From: Cetorhinus maximus
Lineage: Eukaryota
Assembly (NCBI RefSeq): GCF_964194155.1
Contig: NC_135897.1
Span: forward strand, 6,696,001 to 6,760,000
Reading direction: 5' to 3'
Length of the DNA stretch: 64,000 nt
In this document: positions 35,338 through 48,141 of the stretch, piece after piece
Numbering within the stretch: the stretch's first letter is position 1
Layout of the letters: the number at the start of each line of letters is the position of its first letter
Program-made: the position numbers and the translations under genes
Notes under the pieces: generated by a model
Database searches by the model: none
Seen by the model: only the letters and a program-made list of their open reading frames with translations
Told to the model about the DNA's origin: nothing

Positions 35338-36347
35338 TTACACACCTTAATAGGCTCCGTCCTGCACTCAAATTCACCTTTGAAATGGAGTAGCACTCCC
35401 TATCCGCAAATTGCTAGTTGTGAAATCTGCTAAACGGTTCTCTACCACTCTCTACCGCAAACCTACCTTCACTTGTCAATATATGCTTGAGATTCCGACA
35501 GTTCCATGTGCTATAAGATTGGCCTTATTGGCAATCTCATAAATAGGCCCCAAGCCATTTATTCACCATGCGAGCTTGATGCCAAAATAGGGCACAGCAA
35601 AGCTACCCTGTGGGATAGTGGCTATCTCAATCAGATCATTGCCCGCTGTGTATCATATATAGTCATGAATGGGCCCAAGGCTGTCAATTTCGGCCCTGAA
35701 AAGTGCCCAAATTACCTGAAAAGGTAAGGTATCTCAAAACATTTGAGCAACAGGTGAAGCTAGCTGTTTCACGCTGCTACTATGCAATAGCAACACAAAT
35801 GACAGGAAGCTGCCATTACACCAAAAAGACTTTCTGCCTACCACACAAGTGAGCAATATCGTATATGAATTTCATGCCAGCAAGATGCCAGGTACACAGG
35901 CTGTACCTCCCAGTGACTGGCAGATGGTATTAAACAGCAGGTCCTCCAGCTGTTCACAATAGGCAGAGTATTGACCATATTCAACCAGCCCATGCTTGCA
36001 AAACTCAGAACATAATGCCTAATGTTAGATGTGATTCCGTGAGTGTGATAATAACTACACTAACTACCAATTTAAGATTATTCACCGGGCTCAGAAAGTG
36101 ACTCATTTAGGACTACTAGAAGCTACATACATTCAAATGCAGGGACCTGGCCTCCGCAAGCAGAAGGAATATGTCCAGGCATAGCACCTTTTTAAAAATT
36201 AGACAGAAGTGTAGGAGATGATAGTTTCCTGGTGCATTCTCCCTGGCAATGCGTTAACCAACCAGAGTCGACTCGCCAACCAATCATCCCCCTTTCCTCA
36301 TATTGTATGAAATTATTTCTCCCTTGGAAATTTGGCATTCTTGCATT

Positions 36348-36380
36348 TGTCCTGATGAGTGAAGATGAAAAACTTCAACA
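36348..36380 (+). ncRNA. Decayed minimal hammerhead motif in the Penelope pLTR
   Basis: UGUC CUGAUGA GU GAAG AU GAAA AACU UC AACA; core intact, helices weakened by transitions. Confidence 0.55.
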
Positions 36381-36664
36381 GCCTATCTCTATTTTCAGAA
36401 ATACTCTTTAGTATCCTAAAAACGGCAATCATATGACCTCTGAGCCTTTTCTCTTCCAGCTAGAAAATGACAAATTTACATAATCGCACCTTATAATCCA
36501 ATCCCTCCAACCCTCAATCATTCTGTATGTCCCTGCTGCTCAGTGGCTAAACTTGCTGAGCCATGTGTGGGAGACAGAAAGATCAGTGTTCATGATTTGC
36601 AGTTTCGTTCCTTGATTTTGACAAAATCTAACACTGATTGCCTTTGTACTCTAACGGGCATTAG

Positions 36665-36940
<276 letters not shown>

Positions 36941-37994
36941 TAGGCGAAAGAACACTTAGTGGTAATGACGGTAAGGACTTTCGAGGTGTTTCCTGCACCG
37001 TGCACCTTAATTCCAGCCTTTGAAGAATTTCCCTTGAGCACTAGCATGACCTCTCCAGGCCTCATATCAACCAGCTTGCTCTACCATTGTTAATTAGTCA
37101 ATACAATTAATTATGTGTCCAGGCTACTAATTGATTGGTAATCTGTAGACTCCGGTTGTTTTGTGCTATCGGAATTTCATACTTAAGATCCAAAAGAGTG
37201 AAGGTTGGATGGAGTCCCCTATCATAATATTCTGTGCTGGTGGAACCCAGGTCTGGTGGACACAGCTCTGATGTACCTGAAGGGAGAGCTGGGCTAGTTC
37301 CTGGCTGGAGTGGAGATTGCATCATACTAGAAGTGGGTACCAATTAACATCAGTCATGACCAACGTGGATTCCTGGACTAGCTTTGATCAGCTGAAGGAT
37401 TCAGAGAGGAATTTTGCACATTTGATTCCTCCCAAATGGCATTGTGTTTTTGATCTGGCTTTTTGCCTCCCTCAGGAGACTAAATGGCACTGAGCAGGGT
37501 AGGGAGTCTCTTGACCTGATGCACAAGACGTCATAACTATAGGAGACAACAGCAACAAAAAGAACTTACATTCATATAGTGCATTTAGTAAAACACCCAA
37601 AGGCACATAACAAGGGCAATACCAATCAAAACACTTTTGATACTTAAGCGCAGAAAGAGCAATCAGGACAGATGACTAAAAGGTTGATCAAAGGTTTCAG
37701 GGAACTTCTTAAAAGAGGAGAGAAAGGTGAAAAGATGGAGAGGTTTAGGGAGGAAATTCCAAAGCTTAGGGCCCAGGTAGCTGAAAGCACGGCATACAAT
37801 GCTGGAGCGAATAAAATCATGAATGCGCAAGAGGTCAGAATTTGAGGAGTGCAGGGAGTTTAGAAGCTTGTCAGGTTGGGGAAGATGACAAATATAGGGA
37901 AAGGGAAGGCAATGGAAAGATTTGAAATCAAAGATGAGGATTTTGAAATTGATGCATACTTGCATGGTGAGCTAGTTAACATCAACAAGCACAG

Positions 37995-39084
37995 TGCCAT
38001 GACCAGTAAAAGCAAGTCATATTCATAACTGTAAACATGGGCCGCATCCAGTTTACAATTGTTGGAATACTTTTTCTTTTAAAAATTGACATTAAAAGGC
38101 TGCTAAGATGGCTGCAAGCGTCAAGTAGCTTTTGTAATTTCTGCGCAGACTCAAAATGACTTCAAGTCTTCGGAAATTTCCTAATTGAATGACCATGGGT
38201 GGAGTGCCCCCCTTGAATGGACATACCCAGACAAAACTATTTGTGGAGTTCACACATCCTATTGCATATGGACTTACCCAAAACTCAAAATCTATGGCCT
38301 CCTAGCCTCATTGTCTCTAAACTCAAAGCTTAACAAAGAGAACTGTAGTGAAGCAAGGTCGTCATAAGTAGGTGTGAATAAACACCATCTGCACCCTATT
38401 GTGCAGCAATGGCTTCTGACTTCACATCATCCTGGGTGGACAAAAGAAGTATTGATCATGTGGTCACATGACTGAAACTGACCACATTTAATGGATCTTA
38501 TTGCCCCAAAAACCAGGGAGAAACCAGTCAGTCTGTATTTATGCTTTAAAACTGTAGACTGCAACATCATAAGTTCTCCAAGCTTGTTCCTTTTCAAAGC
38601 CACCAGTACAGAAAACTGACTCCCTAGTAATAAAACAACAAGCAAATAATTTTGTGACTTGCTGAAAATCCCCCTCTTTGAGGGAATCCTGCAATGACTT
38701 TAAATTCTCCTAGCTACCCTTCAAGAGTGGAAAAGAGCCACTTGTTCAACAGACCTTCACCAAGCTGAGCCAACCACAGGACTTATGAACTATTCCTTCA
38801 TTTGTGACTTGCAAAAGTAAACTATCCTCTTTAACTGTATTTTCTGTGTGTGTGTGTGTGTGTGTGAGATGCATGAGTGACAAAGCGTTTAATTTTCAGG
38901 GTGAATGTACAAATTAATAATCCTCTTTATTTAAAGGCATGAAAAGCTTGCTTCTGGTTATTCAAATTGATTGTACACTCAGAGGTTAAGAAACAGACAC
39001 ATCCTCCTTTCAGAAACACACTGGTTACGGACAGTAAGGGAAGGGAACGGGGGCTTCAGTCCTCTCTGATCCCTGTCTGTAACA
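37995..39084. mobile_element. Solo LTR, 1090 bp, TG...CA, TSD ACAG; contains a (TG)n tract at about 38845-38866
   Basis: acag|tgccatgacc...ctgtaaca|acag. Confidence 0.85.
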
Positions 39085-39308
39085 ACAGGTCTGGTGGGTG
39101 AATGAGATTTGGAGCCAGTTAAGATACGGGCAGCAGGCATTTGGATGAGCATAAATTTATGTGGGGTGGAAGTTGGGAGGCTAGGCAGAAGAGAATTAGA
39201 ATAGGGTTAAATAAAAACATGGATGAGAGTTTCAGCAGCAGATCAGCTGAGGCAGGGTCAGAGTTGATCAATGTTAGAAGTGGAAGTGGGCAGTCTTGGT
39301 GACGGTGT

Positions 39309-40607
39309 TGTTATGATCCCAGCTGAGGTTATCCCAGGACAAGCCTGATCCCAGGGTGCAACCCAGCTTGATAGATCCTAACTTTTAATTGTTTGTTTAG
39401 ATACATGGAGAGTAGCTAATGAACAGAGTCACAGAGGTCAGCGGATGAACTTTTAACAAAAGAATAAAACAATTATTAAACAAGAAAAGATTAACTATAT
39501 TGCAATACTCCTTCACCCACAACTATACCTTTAAAGATAAATACAGATTTGTAAGGATAACACAAGTTACAAAAGTTATCTTCTCCTCTAATGTTCACAG
39601 TAAGTACATAGTCCATGTAAACCAACAGGCGACCCGTGGTCAGGCACACCACACTCAGAAACCAAGTGACAGATGCCACCCCAAACAGATGCTATGGATC
39701 TCTCCTCGATTTCCCCAGACGCTTGTCCCACCATGAGCCAACTCGTCTCACTGCGCTCTGTCACTCTGTCTTTCACACAAGGAATTCCAACCTCCACTCT
39801 CCAAGGACCCGCTTTGGAATCTTCTCCCAAACCAACGCTTTCTCTCAGATACCTTCCGCAAGTGTTCAGCCCCAGGGTTTTGAACTCTCCTTTCGATGTT
39901 CCTCTTCCATGGGTCACCACATGCATTCAAGCTGTCTTCCACGCAATCTCTCTCTCACTGCCTCAGCTGTCAACAGTACACCACTGCTTCACATGCCCAT
40001 AGCAAAGAGTTACAGACCTTCAGCCGTCTTTTTGGACCTTCTTGCCTCTTACAAACTGTTCTTGCTTTAAATCTGCTTTCTGTAGCTTTTATCTCTTTAA
40101 ATCTGAAGCTTGGTGCCTTTCTCTCTGCCCCTCACTCTTAACTTCATTAACAGGGCCTTTTCCAGGTTCCTGTCCTTCCTTTGACTAGAAGGTCTACTTG
40201 GGACTTTCCCCTGTTTTTGTCTCACTCCTTTGTCCTTGGGGCCTTTTGAGAAATCTGTTCTCACTCTGCAGCTCCCTCTCCCTGTGTCCAGGCTCTCTTG
40301 AGTCCTGGCTTCAAACTGAACTCGAAACTGCTGTTTCTTTAGTTTCTCTGTGGGAGGGGCCTGCTTCTCTGGACCCCTGTTGCTAGGCAACAGCGCTGTT
40401 TTTTCTACTCTTGTGTTTGCTTAGCTTCTCTTAGAGTTGTAAGCTCAAATTACAAATGCAGGCAACTTTTAAAATGAAACTAAAACTCAATTTGACCTTT
40501 CTTAACACGCAAATGCAGAAATACAAATCAAACTTAAATTTTAAAGCTAAAACTCATTCCTAACAAATACAAATATAACTTACTTAAGCTATCTCTATTT
40601 CCTAACA
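39309..40607. mobile_element. Solo LTR, 1299 bp, TG...CA, TSD GTGT
   Basis: gtgt|tgttatgatc...cctaaca|gtgt; terminal tgtta/taaca inverted repeat. Confidence 0.9.
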
Positions 40608-43091
40608 GTGTGGAGATGTGGTCGGAAGCGCATCTCTAGGACAACACAACAGCAAGGTTGCTAACAGTCTTGCTCAGCTTAAGACGGTTGCCAAGCTTAG
40701 AAAAGGTTGAAGGGAATGAAGTTGGTATTGGGGCGCAAAGTCAATGGCTTCTGTCTTCCCAATATTTAGTTAGAGGAAATTTTTGCTCATCAGTTATTGG
40801 ATGTCAGACAAGCAGTGTGACAAATTGGAGACAGTGAAGGGGTCCAGAGACGTGGGGGAGGAGGGGGTGCGAAATAGAGTTGAGTATCATCAGCATGCAT
40901 GTGGAACTAATGTTGTGTTTTTGGATGACCTCGCCAAGGATTAGCCTTAGAAATAGAAACAACAACAACAACTTGTATTTATATAGAGTGTTTCTTGTCG
41001 GGAAAAACCTAAAAATGTTTTCCAGGTCAGACAACGATTGACACTGGGCAAAAGAAGGAGATGCTAGGAAGGGTAATGGGAATCAAAGAGGTCGATTCTA
41101 AGAAGGGTCGTAAAGGAGGAGATGGAGGAGAGGTTTAAGGATGGAATCTAACAGCTTAGGGTCTGGACAGAAAATATGGCCACCAATGATGAGACAAAGG
41201 GAATGGAAGATGCACAGGAGGCAAGAGTTGGAGGAACACAGGTTTCTCAAAGGGGTTGTAGGGGCCGAAGGAGGTTACAGGGATAATGGGAGGTAAGGCC
41301 ATGGAAGGATTTCAACACAAAGATGGACTTTTAAATTAAGCGATAGTTGCGATGGGCCAGTTTTTTGTCCGACATTTTTGTTCATTGTTTTGCTTGTAAC
41401 AATGGGGCACAAATTTAAGATTGTCAATGAAAGAATGAAAGGAGAGTTTTTGTTTTATATGGAGGATTATTCAGACATGAAAACGGTACAGGAAGCAAAA
41501 TTCACAACGGTTTTTAAAGAGGAATAGTTTTTTTGAGAACTAAGTTTTAAAAGGGTATTTGGCAAGGGCAGGGGAATGGGACTGGGTGGAGACTGGCTCT
41601 GCTGTATAATTCCATCACTCGACCCTTCTGTCTATCAGCTTTAGCGTGTTCAGCAGGGAAAATTGTTCTCTGTTATTCCCTACTCCTCAGGGTAGATGCT
41701 GTTGTTGCGCTATAGTATAAACTAGGTGATAGTGAGTCAGCAGCCTGTTCTACTTCTCTCCAGATTTTTATTTCCATCGACTTAAAAGGAGCTGTTGATT
41801 TGCTATTACTTGTTTTACGTTGTGGCACAGAGGGAAGATCTACCCCTCTTGTGAAGGCAGGCAGACTAAGCTGATCTGGCACAAATGCACACGTATGTTC
41901 TCGAGTGGGGGTCCTTGGATAGTGATTCAAAGCAAGAAACCTGGCTGAATTTCTTCCAACTCATCACTGGCCCTGGACAACTGAGGCCAATCTTACCATC
42001 CATTAACTCATTCCCTGAGATTAGTTAATTCAATGCAGACTAACAATCAAACCCAGGGACCTTGACGTCAATTTATTCTCCGGGCCACCTCAGGCATTTC
42101 ATCGATCCACAGGTGAAAAACATTAAACTATTCCAAAATGTGATATTATCTAACCCTCTGTGAATCAGTCAACCACAGAAACAACAGTAATTAATAACAT
42201 ACAGCTCAAAACGAGCCCACCTGCAGAGAAAAACAGAAACCTAGTCATCTGCACAAAATAGAACTTACAAGAAAACCACGGATATTTTCTGGGTGAAAAT
42301 CGAGTGAACTCAGTGGTGTAGAGCTTGACTTTGTGCAATTGTGTAAAATAGATGAAAACGAAGTGGCAGTCCGCTTTACATCCCTCTCAAATTTTATTCC
42401 CATGGACTTCATGGAAATGAAAACGTGGAGATGCACAGAATGGGCTTGTTATGACCCCAATGAGTTAGCGTGTGTTAAAAAGAATGAGATTTTGATTTTC
42501 AATTTGTAAAATTCAGCATTCTCTCTCCAGGTTGCAGACGCCGTTTCTATTTTGTTAAAACAGAGCTTACCTGCTGGAAGAAAATGATCTGAAGCAGTTT
42601 GCATGTTTTTAGAACATTCTGTGCAAGAGGACGCCATTTGGTCCCCTGAGACTCTGTCGTCTCTTCGGTAGAGCAATCCAAAGCTAATCCCACTGCCTTA
42701 CTTTATCCCCACAGCTTTGTGCCTTGCTGTTCTTCAACTATTATCCAACTTTCCCTGAAAAGATGGCCTTGGCTCAGCTACTCCCTGTGGCAATGCCATT
42801 CTCATATTTATGTCTGTTGTAGACTAAATGACAGGGGTTCATTGCCATAATTAGTCAGCAACTCAATTATCATTGTATCATGCAAATACCACGATGGTAG
42901 AGGGTGAACTAGGTGGTGACTGTGATCTGTTATAATCTAGCAGGTCTGTTATAATCTAGCAATCCCGTGTTCCCATCTAAGAAATTTTATTTTCATTTCA
43001 TTGAATACATTTACCAGCAGTTTATGTAAAATATAAAAGATTGTCTACTACAGCTAATCCCATTTTGCTCACCTTCATTTAGGAAAGATCT

Positions 43092-43745
43092 CTATTTGCT
43101 GCTGAGAAGGTGCTGGTGAGCCACCTTGTTGAACCGCTGCAGCCCATGTAGTGTAGGTACGCCAACACTGCTGTTAGGAGTCCCAGGATTTTGACCAATC
43201 AACAGTGAAGAAACAGCGATATAGTTCCAAGTTAGGATGGGAGCGGCTTGGAGGGGAACTTCCAGGTTGCAGTGTTCCCATGTATCTACTGCTCTTGTCC
43301 TTGTAGGTGGTAAAGTTTGCAGGTTTGGAAGGTGCTGTCGACGGAGCCTTGCTGAGCTGCTGCAGTGCATCTTGTAGATGGTACACACTGCTACCACTGT
43401 GCATCGGTGGTGGAGGGAGTGAATGCTTAAGATGGTGGATGGGGTGCAAATTAAGCAGTCTGTTTTGCCCTGGATGGTGCTGAGCTTCTTGAGTGTTGTG
43501 GGAGCTGCACTCATCCAGGCAAGTGGGGAGTATTCTATCACACTCCTGACTTGTGCCTTGTAGAAGGTAGACAGGCTTTGGAGATTCGGGAGGTGAGTTA
43601 TTCTCCGCAGAATCCCCAGCCTCTGATGTTTGGTAGGCAGTTCAGTTTCTGGTCAATGGTAACGCTAGGATGTTGATAGTGGTGGATTCAGCGATGGAGA
43701 TGGTTAGATTCTCTCTTGGGCATGTTCATTGCCTGGCATTTATGT
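43092..43745 (-). mobile_element. HER1-like LINE 3' fragment
   Basis: Minus-strand IEYSPLAWMSAAPTTLKKL...HSLHHRCTV.AVCTIYKMHC, homologous to 27053-27500. Confidence 0.88.
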
Positions 43746-44534
43746 GGTACTTGTAAGTTACAAGGAGATCTAATGGGGATGTCCAAAATTGCAAAGGAAT
43801 TTGACAAGTTTAAAATGACAAATTCTAATTCTACTGCTCCATGACCAATAACTAGAAGGAATGCATTTAAGGTAATTGACAAAATGAAAGAATAAGGGGA
43901 TTTCTGATGTTACATGGGGATGGTTAGGATGTGGAATATCAAACTAGAAACAATGCGGAGGCAGAATCCATAATATTTGAAAAAGAGAACATTAGTCAAG
44001 TATAGGGAGAGGGACAGAAGTCAGGATTAAATGGATATTTCTTTCATAACAATAAAGGCAGAGTGGGTGCAATGGCTTTCTTCAATTTCACAGTTCTATT
44101 ATTCAACCCCAGCGTGACAGAGTTTTGATGGCATTTTCCAGCAATCACAGGGAGTATTTTTTTAATAAATTCCATGCATTCACAAAAGATCACCTTGCAC
44201 ACTATGAGATACTCTACAGTGACCATAAAAGTTACTCCAGAATGATGTGTTAAAGCAAACCCCTCGATCTGACCAACCATCCTCTGGTATACTTAGCATT
44301 GTGGCACTGTGTGCAGATGTTCACCACTGCCTTTAGTACAGAACTCAAAGAGCCCCAACAAAAGGAAAGATGAGAATACTTTTCTGGGCATTCTACTCCA
44401 AGACATGACAACACTTAATCGTTCCACTCAGCTCAGGAATTTTGCCACGGCCCATTGTATTGCTGTAGTAGTGTGCTTTTACACCACAAGAGGGCCTCAC
44501 AGAGCCAGTTGAATATTAAAACCCCTTTTTTACA

Positions 44535-45360
44535 ATTTATATAAATGACTTGGATGAAGGAACGGAAGGGATGGTTGCTAAATTTACTGACGACAAAAAG
44601 ATAGGTAGGAAAGTAAATCGTGAAGAGGACATGCGGAGGCTACAAAGGGACAGATAGGTTAAGTGAGTGGGCAAAAACCTGGCAAATGGTGTATAATGTG
44701 GGCAAATGGGAAATTGTCCATTTTGGAAGGAAGAATAAAAAAGAAGCTTATTATCTAAATGGTGAGAGGTTACAAAGCTCTGAGATTCAGAGGGATCTGG
44801 GTGTCCTAGTGCATGAATCATAAAAGGCTAGTATGCAGGTACAGCAAGTAATTAGGAAAGCTAATAGAATGTTATCATTTATTGTGAGGTGAATCGATTA
44901 CAAAAGTGGGGAGGTTATGCTTCAATTGTACAGTGCACTGGTGAGACCACATCTGGAGTATTGTGTACAGTACTGGCCTCCTTATTTAAGGAAAGATGTA
45001 AATGCATTAGAAGCACTTAGAACCCGCCCAGGAATGAGGGGGTTGTCTTATGAGGAAAGGTTGGACAAGTTAGGCTTGAATCCACTGGAGTTTAGAAGAG
45101 TAAGAGATGACTTGATTGAAACCTTTAAATTCCTGAGGGGTCTTGACAGGGTGGAGAGGATGTCTCCTCTTGTGGGAGAATCTAGAACTAGGGATCACTG
45201 TTTAAAAATAAGGGGTCACTTATTTAAGACAGAGATGAGGAGAAATCTTTTCTCTCCGAGGGTTGTCAGTCTTTGGAACTCTCTTCCTCAAAAGGTGGTG
45301 GAAGCAAAGCCTTTGAATATCTTTAAGGCAGAGCTGGATAGATTCTTGATTATCGGGGGT
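44535..45360 (+). mobile_element. CR1 LINE 3' fragment
   Basis: LYSALVRPHLEYCVQYW.P...GLSYEERL..LGL..LEFRR..DLIE...SRTRDH...RVVSLWNSLP. Confidence 0.9.
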
Positions 45361-45901
45361 AGGCAGGATAGCTATCCCAAAGAGCTGGCACAGGCACAAT
45401 GGACAGAGTGGCCTTCTTCTAACAAAGCTATAAAGGAAAAAATACACGTAGCTTATTGGACAGGATGTCTTGTGGCGCAGTGGCAGTGTCTCTACTTCTG
45501 GGTTTAAGTCCCACTGCAGGACTTGATGGCTGTGGAAAGTGCATGAATAACGTGGCCAAACAGGTTGAATTTCAGCCTGTAAATCCTTCTAATGTGCCTG
45601 ATTGTAGGCAGTAAAGAGCAGGAGAGTTTCCTGGTCAGCCATACTGCAGAAGGCAATGGTTAACCACTACTTTACTTTGCCAAGCACAATCATGGACCAA
45701 TAAAATGGAAGTTCATGGTCACCAACACCCCCTTAGGGCATGGTACCTGAAGGAGGAGCTTATTAGAATATCCAATCCTCAATACAGCCACCAGAGGTGT
45801 CTTCATTGTTCCAATTTAGGTAAAGTACATCCAATCTTTTAACAAAGGTTTTTATCTGATATTCATGAAGTCCATTGTTATATTCTGTGATCTTATTCTA
45901 G

Positions 45902-45998
45902 GATTAATGAGTTATCTGTTGCCATGGAGAGGCTGAAGATACAGAATGCTGAGAAGGAGAGGACAATCATGTCGCTGAACCGGACCATGGAGAAATTG
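45902..45998 (+). CDS. CROCC2: Rootletin-family exon 7 in window
   Basis: ttattctag| INELSVAMERLKIQNAEKERTIMSLNRTMEKL |gtaaat; 97 bp, phase 2/0. Confidence 0.87.
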
Positions 45999-47015
45999 GT
46001 AAATAAGTGCTGTGGCTAGTCCACGACCTTGTGGGGTGGAATTGAAAGAACATAGGAAGTTAGGAACAGGATAGGCCAGTCAGCCCCTTGGGCGTATTGT
46101 CCAAAATGCTCTTGCACCCAACCATTCCAGAAAATTCTAGGTCAACATTAATATTGGAACAATATTCCATTATAAAGGGAAATGGCTATGTGCAAACCAC
46201 TGAAAGGGGATTCCAAGCAACAGAAGAGACTCTGTGGCACTCCAAATCTAGAATATCCGTGTTACAAAAACAGTTTGTAGATAAATAATTTCCTTCAACA
46301 GACAGTCTTTTCTGGCAGGGCTATTTTCTGCAGCATATTGACTGCAACAACTGATCTGGCTGGCAGTATGTTGTGATGATTCCAGGTCTGGCAGGATATT
46401 CAATGACCGCTAGTCATTACTCTCATGGCAGGGGGAGATCAAGTAGACAGTCCACTGGATAATCAGGTGAGACCTGCATAGCCTGGAGGAATGAGCAGTG
46501 CAGCATTTCAACTAGTTGCCTTGGATTGGGCTTAGATTAGGCCCTCGATGGTGGAATAGCATGCAGGCACTCAGTGTCCAATGAGAGGCACTTGCACCCT
46601 TGAAAGTGTGCCCCCAACAACAGGCGGGATGTTTTGGCAGCAGAGGGGAAAATGGACTGGAAATTTTGAGATGCGCTTGGCTGGATTCTCCTTTTATGTG
46701 TTCCCACTGCAAAATTATCCCTGCCTTTTCAAATATTTCCAAAATATTTTTACATTTCCTTTCATGAGTCAGACAAAAGCCTCCAGGCTTAGAACCTCGT
46801 GTGACACAGATGGTTTCTCCATGTTCTTACTATGATATGTACGTTATTTGAATTCCTTACGGTCCTTATGATCTGATGTGACCGCTTGTCAGTCCTCTTC
46901 AAGGAATTTTTAATTAACTGTTGGGAGAGAGAAAGCAGTTGTTACCTCTCCAACCTTTCACAGGTTACCTGCTTTGCATGTGATTTTGCTAATTCTGAAA
47001 CTTGACTGATCGCAG

Positions 47016-47114
47016 GAATCAGGAAAAATTGAAATTACAAGTGAAACCTTGGAGAACGAAGCTTTGAGGACCGAGATAGAATCCTTACATCAAACCTTAC
47101 ACAACATTGCTCAG
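47016..47114 (+). CDS. CROCC2: Rootletin-family exon 8 in window
   Basis: cgcag| ESGKIEITSETLENEALRTEIESLHQTLHNIAQ |gtacaa; 99 bp, phase 0/0; resembles rootletin LQQTLRDLAQ. Confidence 0.85.
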
Positions 47115-47889
47115 GTACAAAATGAGGGGTCAGTGCATGAAACGGATCTGCTGATCATCTCTTCAAAGGTGCGCTGCAGTAATAGCTGATTGGAATCAGA
47201 TTAGTTACAAACACTCCTCAGAATGCCATGGGACCTCATGGGGAGAGGCTTGCTTATAGACAGCATCAGCCCAGGGTTGAACATTGGAGATGCAAAGCTA
47301 AATGAGAATTCCAAAACTTCCCTTGTGAAACTGGCAGTATTTATCCAGAACTTTCCCCCAGGAGATTCAATGAGCAGGGTAGAGTCCATGTTCGGGCAGA
47401 TGGTGGATGGGCTGTGGAAGGAGATTCAATGGGTGGGGTGAGATGTATATGGACTATGAAAGAAATCCAGCTGAAGGGTCTGATTGAAAGCTTCCAGAGG
47501 CTTTTTTTAAAAGGGCTTCCTGCTCATCATGATGCTTTATTACTAGATCTTCCTCCTCAACAGTGGAAGACTTCCTGTTGGTGATGGAGACCATGTCGAA
47601 GGCTATCTTTTAATGGTAATAACCCCTGACCCAGGAAGATTGGATAACATCGCTGTTGGGGGGGAGGGGGGGGGGGGGGGCGAGATTGGGGGTTGGGGGG
47701 CGATGTTGGCGGAGAGTTGATGGTGGGAAGAGGCAATACATTAGAGTGACAATCCAATTCCAACCCTCCTGTAGTGGGAAGTAAATTCAGATTAGCATTT
47801 CCAGAAAATCTAGACCTGCAACCTATTTTTCTGACAATATGTAAAATGTATGTAAGCACTTACACTGTTATTCTGCCTTTCATTCATAG

Positions 47890-48141
47890 GTCGCTGTTGC
47901 TGATATAGAGTCTACGAGCTCCCTCTCCAGGGAAGGGGCTGTTGAAGGGACTGAGACTGGTACAGGAAGGCTCGGCTCACCCCTCCTGTCAGGGTCACCG
48001 GTATTGCCAATGCCTTCCCCTCGTAGGCGCAGGTCACCTACCCGTTCCCAGTCTCCGTTGCGTAGCGTGTCACCATCTTTCGGTGATTCCACATTGTCTG
48101 TGGTCCAATCAGCTCTACAAAGACGACAGCTCCAGGTGCAG
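47890..48141 (+). CDS. CROCC2: Rootletin-family exon 9 in window (Ser/Pro/Arg-rich linker)
   Basis: ttcattcatag| VAVADIES...PSPRRRRSPTRSQSPLRSVSPSFGDSTLSVVQSALQRRQLQVQ |gtaagc; 252 bp, phase 0/0; motif SALxxRQLQVQ. Confidence 0.92.

Larger units (their letters stand above)
34150..36405 (+). mobile_element. Penelope-like element (RT, GIY-YIG, pLTR) split by a solo LTR
   Basis: FNDAVYAQID.VA..SPLGP, VDDTF, LKFTFEME, YRKPTFT, VYEF...YTG.TS; the reading resumes across the 34401-35337 insertion. Confidence 0.85.
37548..40950 (-). mobile_element. L2-clade LINE 3' portion hosting two solo LTRs; a second L2 3' fragment follows at about 40957-41340
   Basis: Reverse-complement 3' end (aacaa...cttrcatt.atatag); minus-strand INFKILI..FKSFH.L..PY...L...SS....L...RAFSYLGPKLWNFLP, the L2 ORF2 C-terminus; host sequence rejoins across both LTRs. 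Confidence 0.8.

Noticed and set aside
39491-40390. Cluster of overlapping 60-144 aa ORFs
   Set aside because: All lie inside a TSD-bounded solo LTR and show no gag, pol or env motifs.
44917-45507. 196-aa ORF as a host gene
   Set aside because: It is the CR1 ORF2 C-terminus reading through into flank and SINE sequence.
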